64,000 nucleotides of DNA from Paecilomyces variotii (taxonomy: Eukaryota), in assembly GCA_004022145.1 (NCBI GenBank), contig RCNU01000020.1; one strand, 5' to 3'. Below, piece by piece: positions 1-12,527 of the stretch; the first letter of the stretch is position 1, and every line of letters begins with the position of its first letter. The notes beneath the pieces are model-generated. The model was not told the DNA's origin. It did not search any database and was given only the letters and a program-made list of their open reading frames with translations. Made by a program: the position numbers and the translations under genes.

Positions 1-1238
1 TGGAGACTGTATGTCGTTCCCGCATCGCATATTGTAATCCATGATAGACATTCGGCTTCTCGGCTCTTGGGCCTTTTATTACACTTGCGCTAACCGGGCT
101 ACTTGGACCTCCAGCAAGCGACATAGAGAAGCCATTAACAGTTAATGAAGGTGGTAAGGAAGTCACTGAATGGTTGGATGTGGGAAACGGCTGTATTTGT
201 TGCTCAGTCAAGTAGATGATCCCACCTCCATTCCCTTGCCTGTTGAGGGTCATGACTTTTTGTCCTCTGAGGGTTTCACCTCGGGCTAACGTTTCAACAG
301 AGACTCCGGTGTTATGGCAATAGAATCGCTGATGGAACGGCGCGGCACATTTGACTACATCCTGCTCGAGACCACAGGACTAGCTGATCCAGGCAATATT
401 GCTCCGCTGTTCTGGGTAGACGATAACCTTGGTAGTTCTATATACCTAGACGGTATTGTGACCCTAGTCGATTCCAAGAACATATTACGTCTTCTCGACG
501 CTCCAGCTCCGGAAGAGATGGTATCAGCCCATGAGCCAAACGATACTCATGCTCACAGCGGGCCTGTTCTTAGCATGGCCCATCTGCAGATCTCACATGC
601 GGATGTGATCGTTTTGAACAAAGCAGATCTTGTAACCCCAGATGAGCTTGAAAGGGTCCGGGATCGAATTACTGCCATCAACAGTGCTGCTAAGATTCAC
701 GTTACCGACCACAGCAGAACGCCGCAGATTGAGGGGGTGGTACTGGATCTGCATGCGTACGATAATCTGGCAAATGTCGACTTCGAATTTGGCCAGAAGG
801 GCCATGGACATATTGATCCCGTAAGTCACCATGGTCTATGTATAGCCGTTCAATGACTACTAATGCGGTAATATACAGGCTATCTCCACGATGTCCATCA
901 CTACATCGCCGATCCCACCTTCTAAAGTCCCCGTCGTAGACGCCTGGCTTCGATCGGTCCTATGGGACAATGTCCTTCCATCTCCGGAACAGTCCACGGG
1001 ATCCGCTCCTCATTCCAATGACTTCGAGATCCATCGTCTCAAGGGAATTCTTGCTTTGGACAACGGATCATTCCAGATCATCCAAGCGGTGAGAGAGGTC
1101 TTTGAAATCCGAGACGCGGATGTGAAGAAAGAGACTCCCGCTCAATGCAAGATTGTATTGATTGGAACAGGTCTTGGAACTAGTGCAGAGCCCTGGCAGA
1201 GAAGCTTCGAGAGCTTCCTTGAGAAAGATGGTAGATGA
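1..1238 (+). CDS. CobW/ZNG1 (COG0523) family zinc-metallochaperone GTPase, 5' end lies before the window
   Basis: Exons <1-8, 115-211, 301-820, 879-1238 with GT..AG introns. Spliced protein has the GNGCICCSVK (CxCC) motif, YILLETTGLADP (Walker B), VLNKADL (G4) and a C-terminal HRLKG CobW_C motif. Confidence 0.9.
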
Positions 1239-1547
1239 AGACATAAGTCATATCTAACAGCGTTGTGGGTGAGGTGTTTCCATGGGGACAAGGTGTGGAT
1301 TAGGACTTCGAGCTTGCCTAGGTTAAACAGTGAGTATTATATTCACAGGAAGAACGAAAAAGGAGTCAGCCAATGGTGTCTTGCGTGAGGTTATCTACCT
1401 ATCCATGATATATGAAGTTCTACACGACTAAAGGGACTCTATTTTCTCAATAACTTTGGATACCGCTGAAGATTATATGTGATTTATGTACAGTAAGTGA
1501 CATTTTATACAGAAATGCAAAGTAAAGGATGCTCCTATGCTCGCTTC

Positions 1548-3483
1548 CTACGCATACCGAGTCCTCGCCGCTAGGGGAGAGCTCTGCATGTCCAGCTCCC
1601 CGTAGCTCAGATCAGATGCATCATCTGGATGATCTGCAAGAGTATCATCAATGGGTTGCACGTGCACCATGGGCGAGAAGATTGGGCTGGTAGCGATCCG
1701 TGGCCGGGACTTGAAGACACTGGAGTATTCGGCGTCTTCATCGAACAGTTCATCGCGAGGAGTGGAAGCTCGCGAGATTTCCGGCGGTGGAGAACGAGAC
1801 TTCTTACGGCGCGTTTCAAATTGATTTACTGGATAAGAAGGACGAGGTCGACGAGCAGGTTCCGCCTGAGGTCTGGTATTAGGTGGCGGAAGAAGTGACA
1901 TCGACTTTCGTGTTCGTTCGACAAGAGTTGTAATGTTCGAATGGTTTTCTGCGATGGGTTTCATGTCGGACACTGGGTAAGATTCCGGCTCTGGCTCTGG
2001 GGTACCTGCTCCTGAATTGTCTTCGACATTTGTATCGGTAGATATGTGCTTTGCAGCTGAAGGCTCCTTGTCGATCGGAGCTGCATCGTTGATACCCTCT
2101 ACGGGCCCTGCTGAACCGCGTTCACGTTCAGTTGATGTGATTGAAATACGGGGAGACGGAAGTGGGATATTGTTTCCAAGAGAGATCGGAGATAGCATTG
2201 TGGAAGCGCTGTCGCTATAATCCTCCTCCGGTGTGGGTATGCGCTTTGGCACAGGGCGATTGGGTAGATCTACGCGTCCCTTCAGCTTCGCTAGGGAGTC
2301 ATTGAGCGATGAGAGCAAGGAGTGACAGGCCGTGCCCGGAGTTGTCGAGCCCGATGGCTGTCGCATGGCCTTTGAGATACTCGCAATAGTCAACGCTTGA
2401 TGTTCCCTGAATACTAAGGGCGATTCTTTAGAACAATCATTGCTTGCGATGCGCACTTGATCCTCGGGCGTCTGGATAGAATCTCGATATTCACGCCACT
2501 TTCTCAGTCGAGCTTGCTGTCGCGATAGTCGGGATTCAAGATCAGCCAGAAGATCCCCAGCTGGGACATGGATCTGATTGTCTGCTGTCCCTCTGTTGGC
2601 CAGCGCCCACGCCTCGGAGAAGGGGAGCTCTAGAAATCTGTCAGTGCTACTCTGCGAACCACCATCTAATAGTGCGTCTGCCCATTCTTCGTTAGCCAGC
2701 CAGTTCTCCCTGAGTTCCCTGGCCAGATCTGCGTAATTTGCGCCTTGTTTCCGCCGGGGCTTCGGCTTCTCCCCGGACCGCTGCACCAGTTCATCCCGTT
2801 TTGCTTTTAGCAGATTGGTAAACCTCTCATAATTAGTCTGCAGCCGGGTCTGGCTCTCTGACATAGTACTCAAGGACCACTGATGAGCAAGAATTAAGGG
2901 AACCATCGTTTGATAATCATCTGGCACGATTGCTTTTGCCGTAGCCAGTCTCATGACGGGGTTCGCAATCAGGTCTGCTCTCGCAGCGAGGACTTTGCGA
3001 AGGACTGCGGTAGAGAATACGGCGAGAATTTCCTCGAACTTCTCACCCTTGCAATCGTCCAACATAGTCTTTCGTAAGATGGCCTCCCTCCCAAGATCGC
3101 CATTTTTCTTCACGTCTGATAGGGCGCGAAACAGCGCCGCTCTCAGATTCAAAGACTGCAGTGGCTCCAGAGGCGGAAAGAAAGGTCGGAGTTTCTGACA
3201 AGCATCAGTATGGGAGGTCCAGTTAACAGTCTGTGCATAGTCTTACGCTGTGTGTCTCCTTAGGGTTCCATATGGCGAAAAGATGATATAGACCCCATTC
3301 GACTCCTCGGATTCGCTGTCGCTGGTTCTGCTGCGATGGCGACAGCGAGCGTACGCTGATGTCGGGCCAGTCGGGCAACTGATCCAACTGAAGTAGCTTG
3401 AGATTGCGGACAAAAACAGCCAAGTTGGAGGGCGTTGGCCAGTCGATCCCTCTAGCCTTGCCTGGTGGACGAGACGACTGCAT
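1548..3483 (-). CDS. HAUS augmin-like complex subunit 6 N-terminal domain protein (Aug6-like)
   Basis: Exons 3483-3247 and 3194-1548 (GTAAGA..CAG intron). N-terminal FVRNLKLLQLD..VEWGLYHLF..KLRPFFPPLEPLQSLNLRAALFR..RKTMLDDCKGEKFEE matches the fungal HAUS6_N pattern; low-complexity S/P-rich tail. Confidence 0.8.
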
Positions 3484-3814
3484 GACGGCACTGGTCTCTG
3501 ATGCTCAATGGCACCGGCGATAGAGCATGTTGCGATTAATATTGGGTTGTCTCCTGGCGACGATGTCTCTGTTGATCGACACTGACGATAAGTAACGTGT
3601 TTGCAGTGTTTGGCGCGCCTATCAGAAGGCAAAACAACAGAGAGACAAAGAGACTCCTCCATTTATTATCTTCCCGGGCCCTCCCTTCCTTTCGTTCTGT
3701 TCTCTCTTCTCTTCTCTTCGCTTCTCTCTTGTGCTTATTTCTTCTTGTCGAGAGCGGCAAGTCGACAGCTCCGGCGTTTTATCTCTGCTCAATTCCAATC
3801 AGCAACCCAAAAAG

Positions 3815-4559
3815 ATGGGTTCGCAAACGCCCCTCAATCCGGTGTGGACAACGCAGTCGGGTAAAAACCCTTCTCAGGTCATGAAATATCTACACCGCAT
3901 ATACTGATCTATTCACAGTCCTGTCGACCTTGCCGCATCCTCCCGAAGAGAATTCGACTTCTCCCGTGCCATTTTTCCACTTGCTCGAACGCCTGAAGAC
4001 GACCAAACGTGAGGGATGGCGCCGCTTCGGAATCAGCCACGGCGAGTCTATCTCTGACCATATGTATCGCATGTCTATCATGACTCTGCTTGCTCCGCCG
4101 TCTCTCTCCGCTCGGTTGAACGTCCCTCATTGCACCAAGATGGCTCTTGTCCACGATATGGCCGAGTCGCTGGTGGGCGACATCACTCCCGTCGATACCG
4201 ACGTGCCCAAGGCCGAGAAGGCACGGCGCGAGGCTGTCGTCATGGACTACATTGCCGATAATCTACTTGGTGGTGTCCCTGGCGGTGGGCTTTCTGGGGG
4301 AGAGATTCGTAAAGTTTTCCAGGAGTACGAGGACAACAAGACGCTGGAAGCCCAGTTTGTCCATGACGTCGACAAGATGGAGCTATTGCTGCAGATGGTC
4401 GAATACGAGAGGGCCCACGAGATCGATTTGTCCGAGTTCTGCCATGTGGCGGCGCGTATCCAGCTTCCGGAAGTGAAAGAATGGGCCGCTACTGTTCTTA
4501 AGGAACGTGAAGCCCTGTGGCAGAAGAAGGCCGCAGCGACTAATGCTGTGAGCGCATGA
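3815..4559 (+). CDS. HD-domain 5'-deoxynucleotidase (HDDC2/YGK1-like)
   Basis: Exons 3815-3860 and 3919-4559. Motifs LKTTKREGW, ESISDHMYRM, ALVHDMAESLVGDITP and FVHDVDKME. Confidence 0.9.
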
Positions 4560-4927
4560 TTCTTTGGCACCCAAAGTGGCGAGGCCAGGCCACTATGTAT
4601 CGATGATACGATTACGATTTGACGGATAGACATGGGTTGTTATGAACGACTCGCTCAGGAGAAGGACATGGCACAGTGGCGTTCGAATTGTCGGTTCCTT
4701 TTTGATAGCATGTGTGGACCGCTCTCTGGGAGCCAGTACGAGGTTTGAGATTCGTGTCCAAGATTGATGTGTATAACATATGGAATGTAATAGACATAAC
4801 ATTAATTCACTTTTCGTGTTTCCAGTCAGTTGCTTAAATTGAATAGCCGGAGACCTGAAACACCGTCCGTTTTCTAGTAGCGTATACTTCTATCCTCTAT
4901 ATTTATCTGGTTTATATAGCTTTGTCT

Positions 4928-5617
4928 TTAATCCAGCGGCTCCTTCTCCATCTCTTTGGCCAACATCGCCGCCTCGGCCTCCATCTCCTCCATGCTGCGT
5001 GGTTTCCTAGCATCGTTATCCACCGCTGGAAACCCAGTTCTCCTTCCTTGCTCGCCCTCTTGGCGCGCCATCTCCTCCATCATTTGCCATTGAAATCGGC
5101 CGATATCCCCTTCCTCCCCATTCATCAGCTGATACACTGCGTCTGTGCCCCCTTTATGATCCAAATCCGATCGTCGTCGCGGGATGATATGCGTGTGGAC
5201 GTGAGGCACACTTTGCCCGGCATCCACGCCGTCCTGAATGGCAATATTTAAACTCGACGCCGAGTAGACACGTTCGACCATACGTCCGACACGGCGGACG
5301 GTCAAGAAGAGATCCGTCGCTTCATCCGGAGTGAGATCAGCGACGCGGGGAACACGACGACGCGGGGAGACGAGCACATGGCCGGGGAGGATAGGTTTGA
5401 GGTTCACAAGGGCGTAGGTGAGGGGCGTGAGGTAGAAGACCTATTCCCGTCAGTCATTTTCTTTGTTGCTGCTGTAAGTATCGTAGATGCGGTGATTGTT
5501 TGCCGAAGACAGCGGCGGCCTGCAAGCGTGCGGTGCCCTTAAGTACCTACTTACCTGCGATGTGACCACGAAAGGACCGAAATAGATAGGTCCAGCAGCT
5601 TTTGCTGCAAGCGCCAT
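4928..5617 (-). CDS. Bis(5'-adenosyl)-triphosphatase, FHIT/Hnt2-type HIT hydrolase
   Basis: Exons 5617-5555 (MALAAKAAGPIYFGPFVVTSQ) and 5440-4928. Motifs VNLKPILPGHVLV and AIQDGVDAGQSVPHVHTHIIPR (histidine triad). Confidence 0.92.
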
Positions 5618-6241
5618 ATTCTACAGATCGGTGCGCTTGTACCTCGATCAATTGCCCTCTATGATAGTCTGGGTTGGCCCTGGAGCAGACATGGGAGATG
5701 CAACTGCGAAGGCGGAGAGCGGAGAGTGGGGACCGGCCCTATGACGCAGGAAGTGGAATGAGATCTTCAGGAACCAGACTCAGTACGCATAGACGGCCAT
5801 GATATCGTATATATAGTATGGAAACCAATATATAGAGGGTTTAAAGGGTAATCTGAAGCTGCTCTCCATCATGGAGGGATAGCCGTTGTGGTCTTTCTAG
5901 ACTGTAGAGTGCTCGAGGGCCCAGTTGCGGAAATATATAACTCTTCATCGATTCGTTCTGTACAACACCTATGATAATGATATTGCCGTTACCACATGCT
6001 GCTCTAGACTCGTGTCCAGGGGTATAGCAGATAGATTGTCGTAAACATGAAATGGTTTTCGCAGAATTCAAATACTTGTCTTTAGACTTAGTTGCTACTG
6101 GACTTTTCTTGTACGCTCATCCTTGGGGGGACAATATTCAACAAATGAATCTAGTGTACAAAGATACATAACAACGCAGGCTGCGTGACGGGTCAAAACT
6201 GTAGTAATACAATAGGGACAATAACGGTACTGCAAGGGGTA

Positions 6242-8902
6242 TCATCTGCCTCCGCGTCTGCGCCGGACTGGAGCGCGACGAACCTCGGTATATTCGGGTT
6301 CACTATCGTCGTCATTATCATCAGATGAAAGGGAATCCACGTCGGAGCTACTGAGGTCCATTCCATCTTCTTTATCCTCGCCTTCATATCTAGGTGCACC
6401 ACCGTCACCCAGAGAGCGAGTATGTGCTGGGTGATGATGCTCCACAATCAACCCCCCATCATCACTATCATCTTGTCCTGGCAGGAGGAAGCCACCGCCA
6501 TGGTCAATCGGATCGGGCGTCGGCTCATGTTCTTCTGGGACACGTTGCGTCTGTCGCCGATTCGTGAAAGGATTATGCGAATCCGCTTCCGTTGCATTGG
6601 GATCTTGACCATACTCTTCACGTACTCGCTCTGCGATGCGCAGCCCCATGAGGAACTTCCGCCAGGTTTGGAGGATACGTTTTTCTTGCTTCAGCTGCTC
6701 CTTTTTTCGCCGCTCCGCTTCATCTGCGCGCCAGGCATCCTTCACAAGCTCTTCGTTCTCCGCAGCAACAACCACACCCTCGATTATGGGGACTGCCATC
6801 TTGCTACCAAACTCAAAGCCTGTTACGGCTTCCGCGTAGTCGATCCCGAGTTTCTTGCAAATACGGACCGTACCACGCCAGGGAATGTGTGATGCGCCCT
6901 GTGGTACCATGCTAGGCACGAAGCAGTCGATGTTGCCGTAAGCGTTCTTCGGAATAACTCCATTCTGGATGGGCGGCGGGATAATGTATTCAGTTTGATA
7001 TTGGGCGTAGAGACCTTGTTTCGGTTTCTCACCAGTCTCCCTCTCGAATTCATCGACTTCCCGTTTGCGCATCAATGTCACAGCGCGGATTGGAACCAGT
7101 TTGAGAGGCTTCTCACCCATTTTGATTTGGCGACCCTCCTTGTGCCAGCTTTCCGATGACTGACATTTGACGACATCCTGTCGGCGAAAGACCTTCTCCT
7201 CCTTAGCCTTGTTACCTTTACCGCTAGTGAAGGTGCGGACATGTTTCGCTCCAGGACGTATGGCCTCCTCTCGACGCAGGAACCGTTCTAGGACAAATTC
7301 TGTAGAAGCACGTAGGCTCTGTAGAGTATCACCTTCCTTGACCGGCTTCTTGTCCGGTTGATGCGGAAGCAAGTCCTTCGCGTCTTCAACATCATCAACA
7401 GCAGCCCTCTTATTCTCTGGACGCATATATCCCCTCATTGTCACCCTAAACCAGTCATATTCGAAGTATTGGCCTTTACGGCCCGGTTTGGGAATCTTCT
7501 CAACCGGTAGCCGGTATCCCTTAGTCTTACCAGGCCACGTGCGGCGACGTAGGTAGCGCGTCGTGACGTCCTTAGCCGTTCCATCATTGGAATATGCGAC
7601 GACATAAGCGATGACCTGTTTTGCTCGTTCAGCTTTGGCACCCCGCGGTTCAAATGAGGCTACAAGCTCCGGAGTAGTCGCAACAGCATTAGACAAGACT
7701 AGAGGATCGACCGGAATAACCTCATGTGTGACCGGCGATACGGCCTCGGTCCAGTACGTGGGAAACGGCAGATCGTGGTCGTAACCTTTGGAGGTGGAAG
7801 TGGTTTCATCACTCGTTTCAGAATCAGATTCTTCCGTTTTCCCTTCTTCTTCCTCTTCCTCTGAATTAGGTTGCGCCTTATTTGGTGGAGTGTATGTCTC
7901 TGCTTTGGTCCATCCGAATCCCAATGGTTGTAGACTGGAAACCAGGCGGGCTTCGATACCAAGTGCACGTAACAAAGAAGTGAATAGCTGTGCTCCAACG
8001 TCTCTTGAACCTTGCATACGGTCTGCCACGGCGCGAAATTCTTCTCGATTCCTAATGCGCTCGCCATGCTTGAGCGGATCATGGTCATCATTCTGGAATG
8101 ATTTGATCTCCGCCTCAAGAACGGACAACGGCATGTAGCCGCGTTTGCGTAACCCCGGCGCCGTGACTTTGAATTGCTTCTTCCAGTACGCCGCTAGAAT
8201 TCGAAGTAACGAAATCAAAGGATCTCCGCGACTCATATCAGGCTGACCTGGTTCGACACGCGACGAATCCTCACCCCAGTCACGGCTTGCTTCCTTGTTC
8301 TTGCCCTTCCTGCCCTTCTTCTTGTTCTTCTCTGGCGGTTTCTCCTCTGGCATCTCCAGCCCCGAGGAGATGCGCCATTTCTTCACCTCCTTTTTAATCG
8401 CTTCCGGGAGCTTGGCGCGCAGAATATCGTGGACCTTTGCGTCGCTTATCCAAGCGTTACGGATAGCATTGTGAAAGAGCAAGCACTGGACGTGCATGCA
8501 ATGGGTCTGCATGCGGATGAAACGTTCGATCTTCGTAGGGCCCTTCTTTCCCTCCAATAGGTCCGTCAGGTGTATTTCATCTTTATCCAGTGTCAATTCA
8601 AGGTCTCCCGTCTCAACCGCAGGTGTAGCGGGCGTAGTATTGGATGCAGACGGCCCTGCAGTGTCCATAGCATCCTCCCAGTCGACAGCATCATCAGAGC
8701 TTTCAGCATCGGAGCCATCACTTGGCTCCTTAGATAGTTCATTTTCCGATGGAGGGGCATCGCTGAGCGATGAGTCTGAGTCCTCACTGTCGGAGATCTC
8801 TATGGAGGCGTGGACGGTATGTACGCCCGACTGCGCCGGACGTTTTGCGTTGGGCGGATCATCGACGGAAAGAGACCGTTTACGGGGAACGAAAGGCGGC
8901 AT
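6242..8902 (-). CDS. Rad4/XPC family nucleotide-excision-repair protein
   Basis: 886-aa single ORF. Transglutaminase-like region (GSRDVGAQLFTSLLRALGIEARLVSSLQP), AKDVTTRY, and BHD motifs FVLERFLRREE and IPKNAYGNID..DYAEAVTGFEF..AVPIIEGVVV. Confidence 0.93.
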   Translation of the reverse strand: MPPFVPRKRSLSVDDPPNAKRPAQSGVHTVHASIEISDSEDSDSSLSDAPPSENELSKEPSDGSDAESSDDAVDWEDAMDTAGPSASNTTPATPAVETGDLELTLDKDEIHLTDLLEGKKGPTKIERFIRMQTHCMHVQCLLFHNAIRNAWISDAKVHDILRAKLPEAIKKEVKKWRISSGLEMPEEKPPEKNKKKGRKGKNKEASRDWGEDSSRVEPGQPDMSRGDPLISLLRILAAYWKKQFKVTAPGLRKRGYMPLSVLEAEIKSFQNDDHDPLKHGERIRNREEFRAVADRMQGSRDVGAQLFTSLLRALGIEARLVSSLQPLGFGWTKAETYTPPNKAQPNSEEEEEEGKTEESDSETSDETTSTSKGYDHDLPFPTYWTEAVSPVTHEVIPVDPLVLSNAVATTPELVASFEPRGAKAERAKQVIAYVVAYSNDGTAKDVTTRYLRRRTWPGKTKGYRLPVEKIPKPGRKGQYFEYDWFRVTMRGYMRPENKRAAVDDVEDAKDLLPHQPDKKPVKEGDTLQSLRASTEFVLERFLRREEAIRPGAKHVRTFTSGKGNKAKEEKVFRRQDVVKCQSSESWHKEGRQIKMGEKPLKLVPIRAVTLMRKREVDEFERETGEKPKQGLYAQYQTEYIIPPPIQNGVIPKNAYGNIDCFVPSMVPQGASHIPWRGTVRICKKLGIDYAEAVTGFEFGSKMAVPIIEGVVVAAENEELVKDAWRADEAERRKKEQLKQEKRILQTWRKFLMGLRIAERVREEYGQDPNATEADSHNPFTNRRQTQRVPEEHEPTPDPIDHGGGFLLPGQDDSDDGGLIVEHHHPAHTRSLGDGGAPRYEGEDKEDGMDLSSSDVDSLSSDDNDDDSEPEYTEVRRAPVRRRRGGR

Positions 8903-9091
8903 AAGAAAGATTTTGATATATGATCGAGGTGTGGCGGGGAGACCGAGACGAGTGAAGAGAGAAAAAGGTGAACTTGTCTGGGGTCGCGCTCTTATCTAAT
9001 CGGGAGCGGACCGAATGCGGAAATAATTAGATATGGCATCTACACGAGGAAGAGTCCAGCAATATTAATACATCACGCTGGGTAACTACAT

Positions 9092-10043
9092 CTACATACT
9101 ACTTCTTCTAGCCATTACGAGGGCTGTCCCCCATTCTACAATGACCTCCTCCCGTCGCCAATCCGCTGATCGTCTCCACGACTCATCTGCCGCGACCATC
9201 TTCTCCGCGCACTCGTCTATCACATCCCCCGCGCCGCCGTCACCCTTGGCTTTCCGCTCGGGATGCGCCTGTTGCCATCCGTGAAATGCACTATAAGTGC
9301 GTATATAGCCCAATACCTGCTCCAGAGCTAGTGTTTTTGTCATCAGCATCGTGCCCTTCCCCGTCCCAGGCGCTGATAGCCCTGGTTCGTATTCAACGCG
9401 TTGAATGTCTGTCCAGTCCTCATCCGGGGGTTGCATGGCGTGCAGATTGTCCTGAATAATAGCGCGGCCATACGACCAGTAGGGCCCCAGCAGATCCGGA
9501 TGATCCCCATAGGAGTAATGGTGGAGGATGGCAGTCGCTTCAGGATGGCCTGGGAAGACCGGGTCCTTGTAGCCCCAGAACGCGATACTCCCTCCTGGAC
9601 GTACGACGCGCCGCAGTTCCTCGAAGAGAGGTGGATAGTTGAACCAGTGTGCAGCCTGACCTGCTACGACGAGGTCAACGCTTCCATCTTCGAGGAACGG
9701 TAGTGACTCGGCGGATGCCTGACGGTACTCGATGTTGGTCGATACCGGTGTTTTCTGGCGTGCTTGCTCGATCATCCCGGCGGATTGGTCAACGCCATAG
9801 ACCTTGGTGAACGCGCCGCACAAGCTGCGGGCAACAAGACCATGCCCGGTGCCAAGGTCGACCAGGACATCGTGACCACCGCTGTGGTAGGATAATACTC
9901 TTTCGTAGAGCGAATCGGGATATGTAGGCCGGAAGGTGGCATATGCGGCGTGACCGAACGTCTGCTGGCTGAAGAACGTTACTAACGATACAGTGACTTT
10001 GTTGTAGGCCTTGTGAAGATTAGTCGTACCTGAACGTGGTCAT
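9092..10043 (-). CDS. Class I SAM-dependent methyltransferase (trans-aconitate methyltransferase TMT1/CRG1-like)
   Basis: Micro-exon 10043-10030, intron 10029-9969, exon 9968-9092. Motifs YATFRPTYP, VDLGTGHG (motif I), GVDQSAGMI and DLVVAGQAAHWF. Confidence 0.85.
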
Positions 10044-10532
10044 TGTGCGGGGAATAGTTAGCGGGATGTAGAGTCTGACCTCGTCACAGATGCCGGGAAT
10101 TGCTGTAGATGTATGGACGGGTTGACCCGACATGATACTAAGAAGCTTAATAATATACACTCTGGGTAGTTAACCAGTAGTTATTCTCAATTTGGTGGAA
10201 AATGGTCCAGTGTATTAGACCAATGATACGATATTGTGATACATAGGGCAGCTCCAACGTAGGAATCATCATAGGATAAGGATATTCAAATACATCATAA
10301 GAAAAATGGCACTCATTTGATTCGTTCGTGGTCGGTCATAACAATAGGGCATTATTAAAAACAGGATGTAGGATTTCCAACCGGTCGTTCCATCGCGCAT
10401 CCAAGACAGAGCGAAGTCAGAGACGGCAAACACGGCGTCAAAGGGGAGAAAAGAACATATCACGTATAGGGTATCAAAAGAGAGAGACCGAGTGCTTCGA
10501 AATGGCAAAGCAGACAATGGATATTGTCCTCG

Positions 10533-11663
10533 TCAATTATCATCCAAATCGAGATCATCTTCGATCTCGATGCGTGTCCCCAGCGCCTCCTTACCCTCCT
10601 TGATCATTGCCTTCAACTGCTTGTTTAGACGTCGGATGCTGGCATCTTCCTCTAGCTCTTGCCGCCGTACCTTGGCCGCGTAGCGTTGCGCATCGAGGGC
10701 GGCTGGACTGCCTCGTGGCTTCGTGGGAGTCTTCGTTGGGGTGCTGTGAGAGGTGCTTGGTCTGCCAGGAGACAGGATCTGCCTCTTGTTAAAGCGTGGC
10801 ATCACGGCGGGTCGTCGCAATGTTGCGTTTTTGCGAGGCACTTTGCGCGCTGAATGAATTGGGCTGGTCTCGCGCGACATGGGCTCCTCAGGGACGAGCA
10901 CCCAATTTCCTGGCACGATGTCAGGATCTGGGTTATGCTCCTGGACCCGATCATCAGGGAATTGCCCCGGAAGGGGCGTCTCAACCCGCGTTTCGCTTGC
11001 GAAAACGTCGTCTGGGTGGGACACCGTCTGCCAGGTGCTCTGTTCGGGCTCGGGGGTAGTCGTGACCGTCATTTTGTATCCCTGGCCCCCTCCAGCGTAG
11101 AATCCTCGAAAAGCGCCTGACCAGCAGAAATCCCACACCTTCCCAGCAACACCTCCAACCATACTGAAGACTGCTCGTCCCCAGCCGGTAGAAGAAGCCT
11201 TGGGGCTTGCAGAAGGGGACGACGAGCGCTCGCGTTTTCGATTCGTGCCATCAGCACTCGGCAAGGACGCGACGTTCCCATCAGGAGACAGAGTATGGTC
11301 TCGATATCGATTTGGGCGGTAGTCCAGCTCCGCTGCGGTCTCATGTTTCTCGAATATTGTTTCCTTCGGTTCTCCGCCCCCAGCTAGATAGTAATCGGTG
11401 CTGACCAGCGGCGCCGGGCTCACCAGCTCGGACTGCGAGTCCCATAGTGATCGCGATTCGCGTGAGACTTGCGTCTCGACATAGGAGCATCGCTGACGTT
11501 TTCGACTGTTGGAGATGGAACGATACAGCGATGAAGAAGCGGATGGCGAGATTGGTGTCTGGAAAAGCTGGGAATGCGCGCCGGCAAGGTCGAGCTTGGG
11601 ACCGACAGGCGTATCAACGAAGAAAGATCCGGGAATATCGGGCATGGTTGAGCTGCTCCTCAT
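10533..11663 (-). CDS. Hypothetical fungal protein, S/P-rich with a C-terminal coiled coil
   Basis: Long ORF, open from 11798; likely start at MRSSSTMPDIPG (11663) or the next Met. Conserved-looking blocks VGGVAGKVWDFCWSGAFRGFYAGGGQGY and DASIRRLNKQLKAMIKEGKEALG. Confidence 0.7.
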   Translation of the reverse strand: MRSSSTMPDIPGSFFVDTPVGPKLDLAGAHSQLFQTPISPSASSSLYRSISNSRKRQRCSYVETQVSRESRSLWDSQSELVSPAPLVSTDYYLAGGGEPKETIFEKHETAAELDYRPNRYRDHTLSPDGNVASLPSADGTNRKRERSSSPSASPKASSTGWGRAVFSMVGGVAGKVWDFCWSGAFRGFYAGGGQGYKMTVTTTPEPEQSTWQTVSHPDDVFASETRVETPLPGQFPDDRVQEHNPDPDIVPGNWVLVPEEPMSRETSPIHSARKVPRKNATLRRPAVMPRFNKRQILSPGRPSTSHSTPTKTPTKPRGSPAALDAQRYAAKVRRQELEEDASIRRLNKQLKAMIKEGKEALGTRIEIEDDLDLDDN

Positions 11664-11993
11664 CGTCTTGGTGCTCGACAGTCCCGGAATATAGTGTTGA
11701 AGGCGCAGTGTGATGAAGATCTGGGGAAGTCGAGAGGCGGAAACGAGGCTTAGTTGATTCGGTGACGAAATTTTGGGGGCTGCCAGAGCAACCATCACAT
11801 AGATAGTTAGATAGTACCAAGGAAGTTACCGCTGCTTTACGTAGATACGGAGGACATGTGAATAATTAATAACTGGTAATGGCCTACGAGGCTACACGAC
11901 GTGTCGTCGCCTGAGCCGTAGTGGCCGACATTGATTTCTCTACCTGGAGCGGTTGTTTCGCCATCTAGATAGTCCTGTTGTGTTTTGTCTATC

Positions 11994-12527
11994 TCACAGC
12001 TTCTGACTGGCCCAGTTCACGCCCGCCTCCTCCAGGCCGTCTTCTCCGTCGACAAGCACACACCAGCCTTCGTAGCCTCGTCCTCCATCGCCAGCGATGA
12101 CCGTCTCAAAGTGCTTGTGAGCGTATGCCAGCACAGCATCGTCGAATGTTCCCGGTTGCAACCAGACAGCTGGCACCCCGACCGCCTGAGCCTCCTCCAG
12201 CACCTTCAGCGTCACGGCCGGAGGAGTGACGACGGACAGCGACGTCTGCGATGGCGACGGCAGATCTCGCGGTGAAGCAACTGTGCTGTACGTCTTGGAG
12301 GGCAACGCGATCTCGGATGCGCGCGGGTTGATGGGCGTCACAGGCAGCGAGTGTTGATGATACCACGCCAGGACTAAAATCAGACACATCAGTCAGTACT
12401 TTGCTCATTATATTGCGATCACTGGTCAAGCGGCAGACGAACGTCGATAACCGAACTTGCTCGCATCATTGCTGGCGCCAGCGACTGCGAACCGCGGCGA
12501 GGAGAAGAATCGTTTGGCTGCGGACAT
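11994..12527 (-). CDS. CoA-binding domain protein (YccU-like Rossmann fold)
   Basis: Exons 12527-12443 (MSAAKRFFSSPRFAVAGASNDASKFGYR) and 12373-11994. Motifs VTPINP, SLSVVTPP, AVWLQPG and CVLVDG. Confidence 0.85.
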
